Source: Lama guanicoe (taxonomy: Eukaryota). Taken from it: a stretch of 64,000 nt of DNA. The notes beneath the pieces were generated by a model. The model searched no databases, was not told where the DNA came from, and saw only the letters and a program-made list of their open reading frames with translations. Shown here piece after piece: positions 62,672-64,000 of this stretch. The stretch lies in assembly GCA_013239625.1 (NCBI GenBank), contig MU053934.1:10951003-11015002 (forward strand), written 5' to 3'. How positions within the stretch are numbered: the first letter of the stretch is position 1; every line of letters starts with the position of its first letter. Position numbers and translations under genes: made by a program.

Positions 62672-63639
62672 CAGGTGCCATGAAGGTTCCAGGGAGACCT
62701 GCGGTGTGCACATGCTATGAAGGGGAGGGCGAGAGGCAGAATCAGATGCAGGCGTCCTGGAGGTGATCGCATCCTATTGCAGGAAATGTGGTGGAAAGGA
62801 GGGAGAAAGGAGTTTGGTCTCACGAGAACATCAACTTCGTGAGAGCAAGGACATGAGTCCTTCACTGAGGTTCTTCCAGCATCTCAGCAGGCCTGGAAGC
62901 AGGGGGTGCTTGTTAAAGAGAAGTGGGAGGAGAGGGAGGAAAGGAGGGAGGGAGGGGGAGAGGAGACATCCCTTTGCCCTCATACTGTCCTGAGGCCACA
63001 TCTGGGCCCCTCACGGGGACAGTCTGCTAAACGCCCCACCTCACCAAAGGCGCCTCAACTTCTCTTTGGAAGGAGGGGGACTCAAGCGTGCCTCTAACTC
63101 AACCACCGCGTCCCTCTTGGTGGACCCCTCTCGCTTTGGGAGACACAAGCTGACACCCAGTGGGTGACCCCGTGGCTTCAGAGCTGCCCCAAAGTCACCC
63201 CATTTAAAACCCGCTGTGCTTTCAGCGCCCGGAGGCGATGTGTCCCTTGCCCCTGGGGAGGTGTGAGTGCTGACGTTCCCTCAACAAGTAAGGACGCGTG
63301 TTACGCATGCTGAGCGCGGCCCTGAGTTTGGGGTGAGAGACAGGGTCAGACTGGCAGTGTGGGAGGAAGGGGTTTCCCTCTGCCAGAGCGGGGCTGGCAG
63401 AAGCCGCCGGCTCACGGCCAGGTGGGGTGGCCAGCGCCGGTCACCAGCGAGCCGGGGAAGCCCCGGGGTGGCCAAGCAGGGATGGGGGTGGGTGAGTCCA
63501 TTTTCATTCGGGCTAGGATAAAGAAAAGTCTATGTGTAAACAGACCTACATGAAAATAAACACGAAACGAATACATGTATAAATAAGAATAAAAATGCAG
63601 TATCAGTAAAACCTGCAGACACCCTCCCTGCCACTCACT

Positions 63640-64000
63640 AGCCAAGGAGGAGGCGGATGGCGTGAACCGTGGGGCGGACGGGCGCCTGCTGCGCCCTCCG
63701 GCTCAGCCTGCCCGCTGGGCTCGCGCGGAAAACGTTTCCCGCCTCCCGGTGCTGTGCAAGGGGTTCAGCTTTTCTCCTGTAAGTAAAACGTTTGTTCCCC
63801 CCAAGCACTGGCAGGGCTGGGCTGGAGCCTCGCCGGAGGCACGTGATGATGACGAGGCGTGGGAGAGGCCGGGGTCTTTGGGGCGCGCGGGACACACCCC
63901 AACGCGGACGCGGCGGGCAGACGTGCCCCCACCTCGTCACGCACGGAGACGGGAGGAAGGCTGGCGGCTTCGAGGACGGCCCCCCCGGCCCCCCTGGCGG
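63640..64000. promoter_or_regulatory. CpG island truncated by the window edge, with a GC box and paired E2F-like sites
   Basis: Dense CpG; GGGGCGG near 63671; CGCGCGGAAAA 63722-63732 and TTTCCCGCC 63735-63743. Confidence 0.55.

Noticed and set aside
1..64000. Hundreds of six-frame ORFs as protein-coding genes
   Set aside because: They overlap in all frames, are rich in Pro/Gly/Arg/Ala/Ser as expected from GC-rich DNA, often start at non-ATG codons, and show no recognisable domain except L1 relics
1..64000. Naming the locus or neighbouring gene
   Set aside because: No recognisable exon anchors the synteny; a BLAST or liftover is required

Overview
Mammalian genomic DNA, GC/CpG-rich and probably subtelomeric. 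No protein-coding gene, RNA gene, CRISPR array or prokaryotic system can be supported; the ORF track reflects high GC content and repeats. The window is mostly eutherian-age interspersed repeats (L1M, L2, MIR, MLT1/MLT2, MER21, MER58, an ERV1-like LTR). It also has five 3' tips of a younger cetartiodactyl-type L1, CpG islands near both ends, several AT-rich motif-dense unique blocks that may be enhancers, a 21-bp minisatellite and a 235-nt assembly gap. I saw no CHR, Bov-tA/BovB or PRE-1 SINEs, which points to a camelid (inference). The most notable signals are: (1) sharply bounded patches where AT-rich L1 sequence has become CpG-island-like, suggesting GC-biased gene conversion; (2) an old L1MC-type element with twin-priming-like 5' inversion geometry; (3) a CDX/posterior-HOX motif cluster; (4) a paired E2F site in the terminal CpG island; (5) a speculative minus-strand exon pair. 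Repeat family names come from remembered consensus features, not a database search, and most repeat boundaries are approximate.
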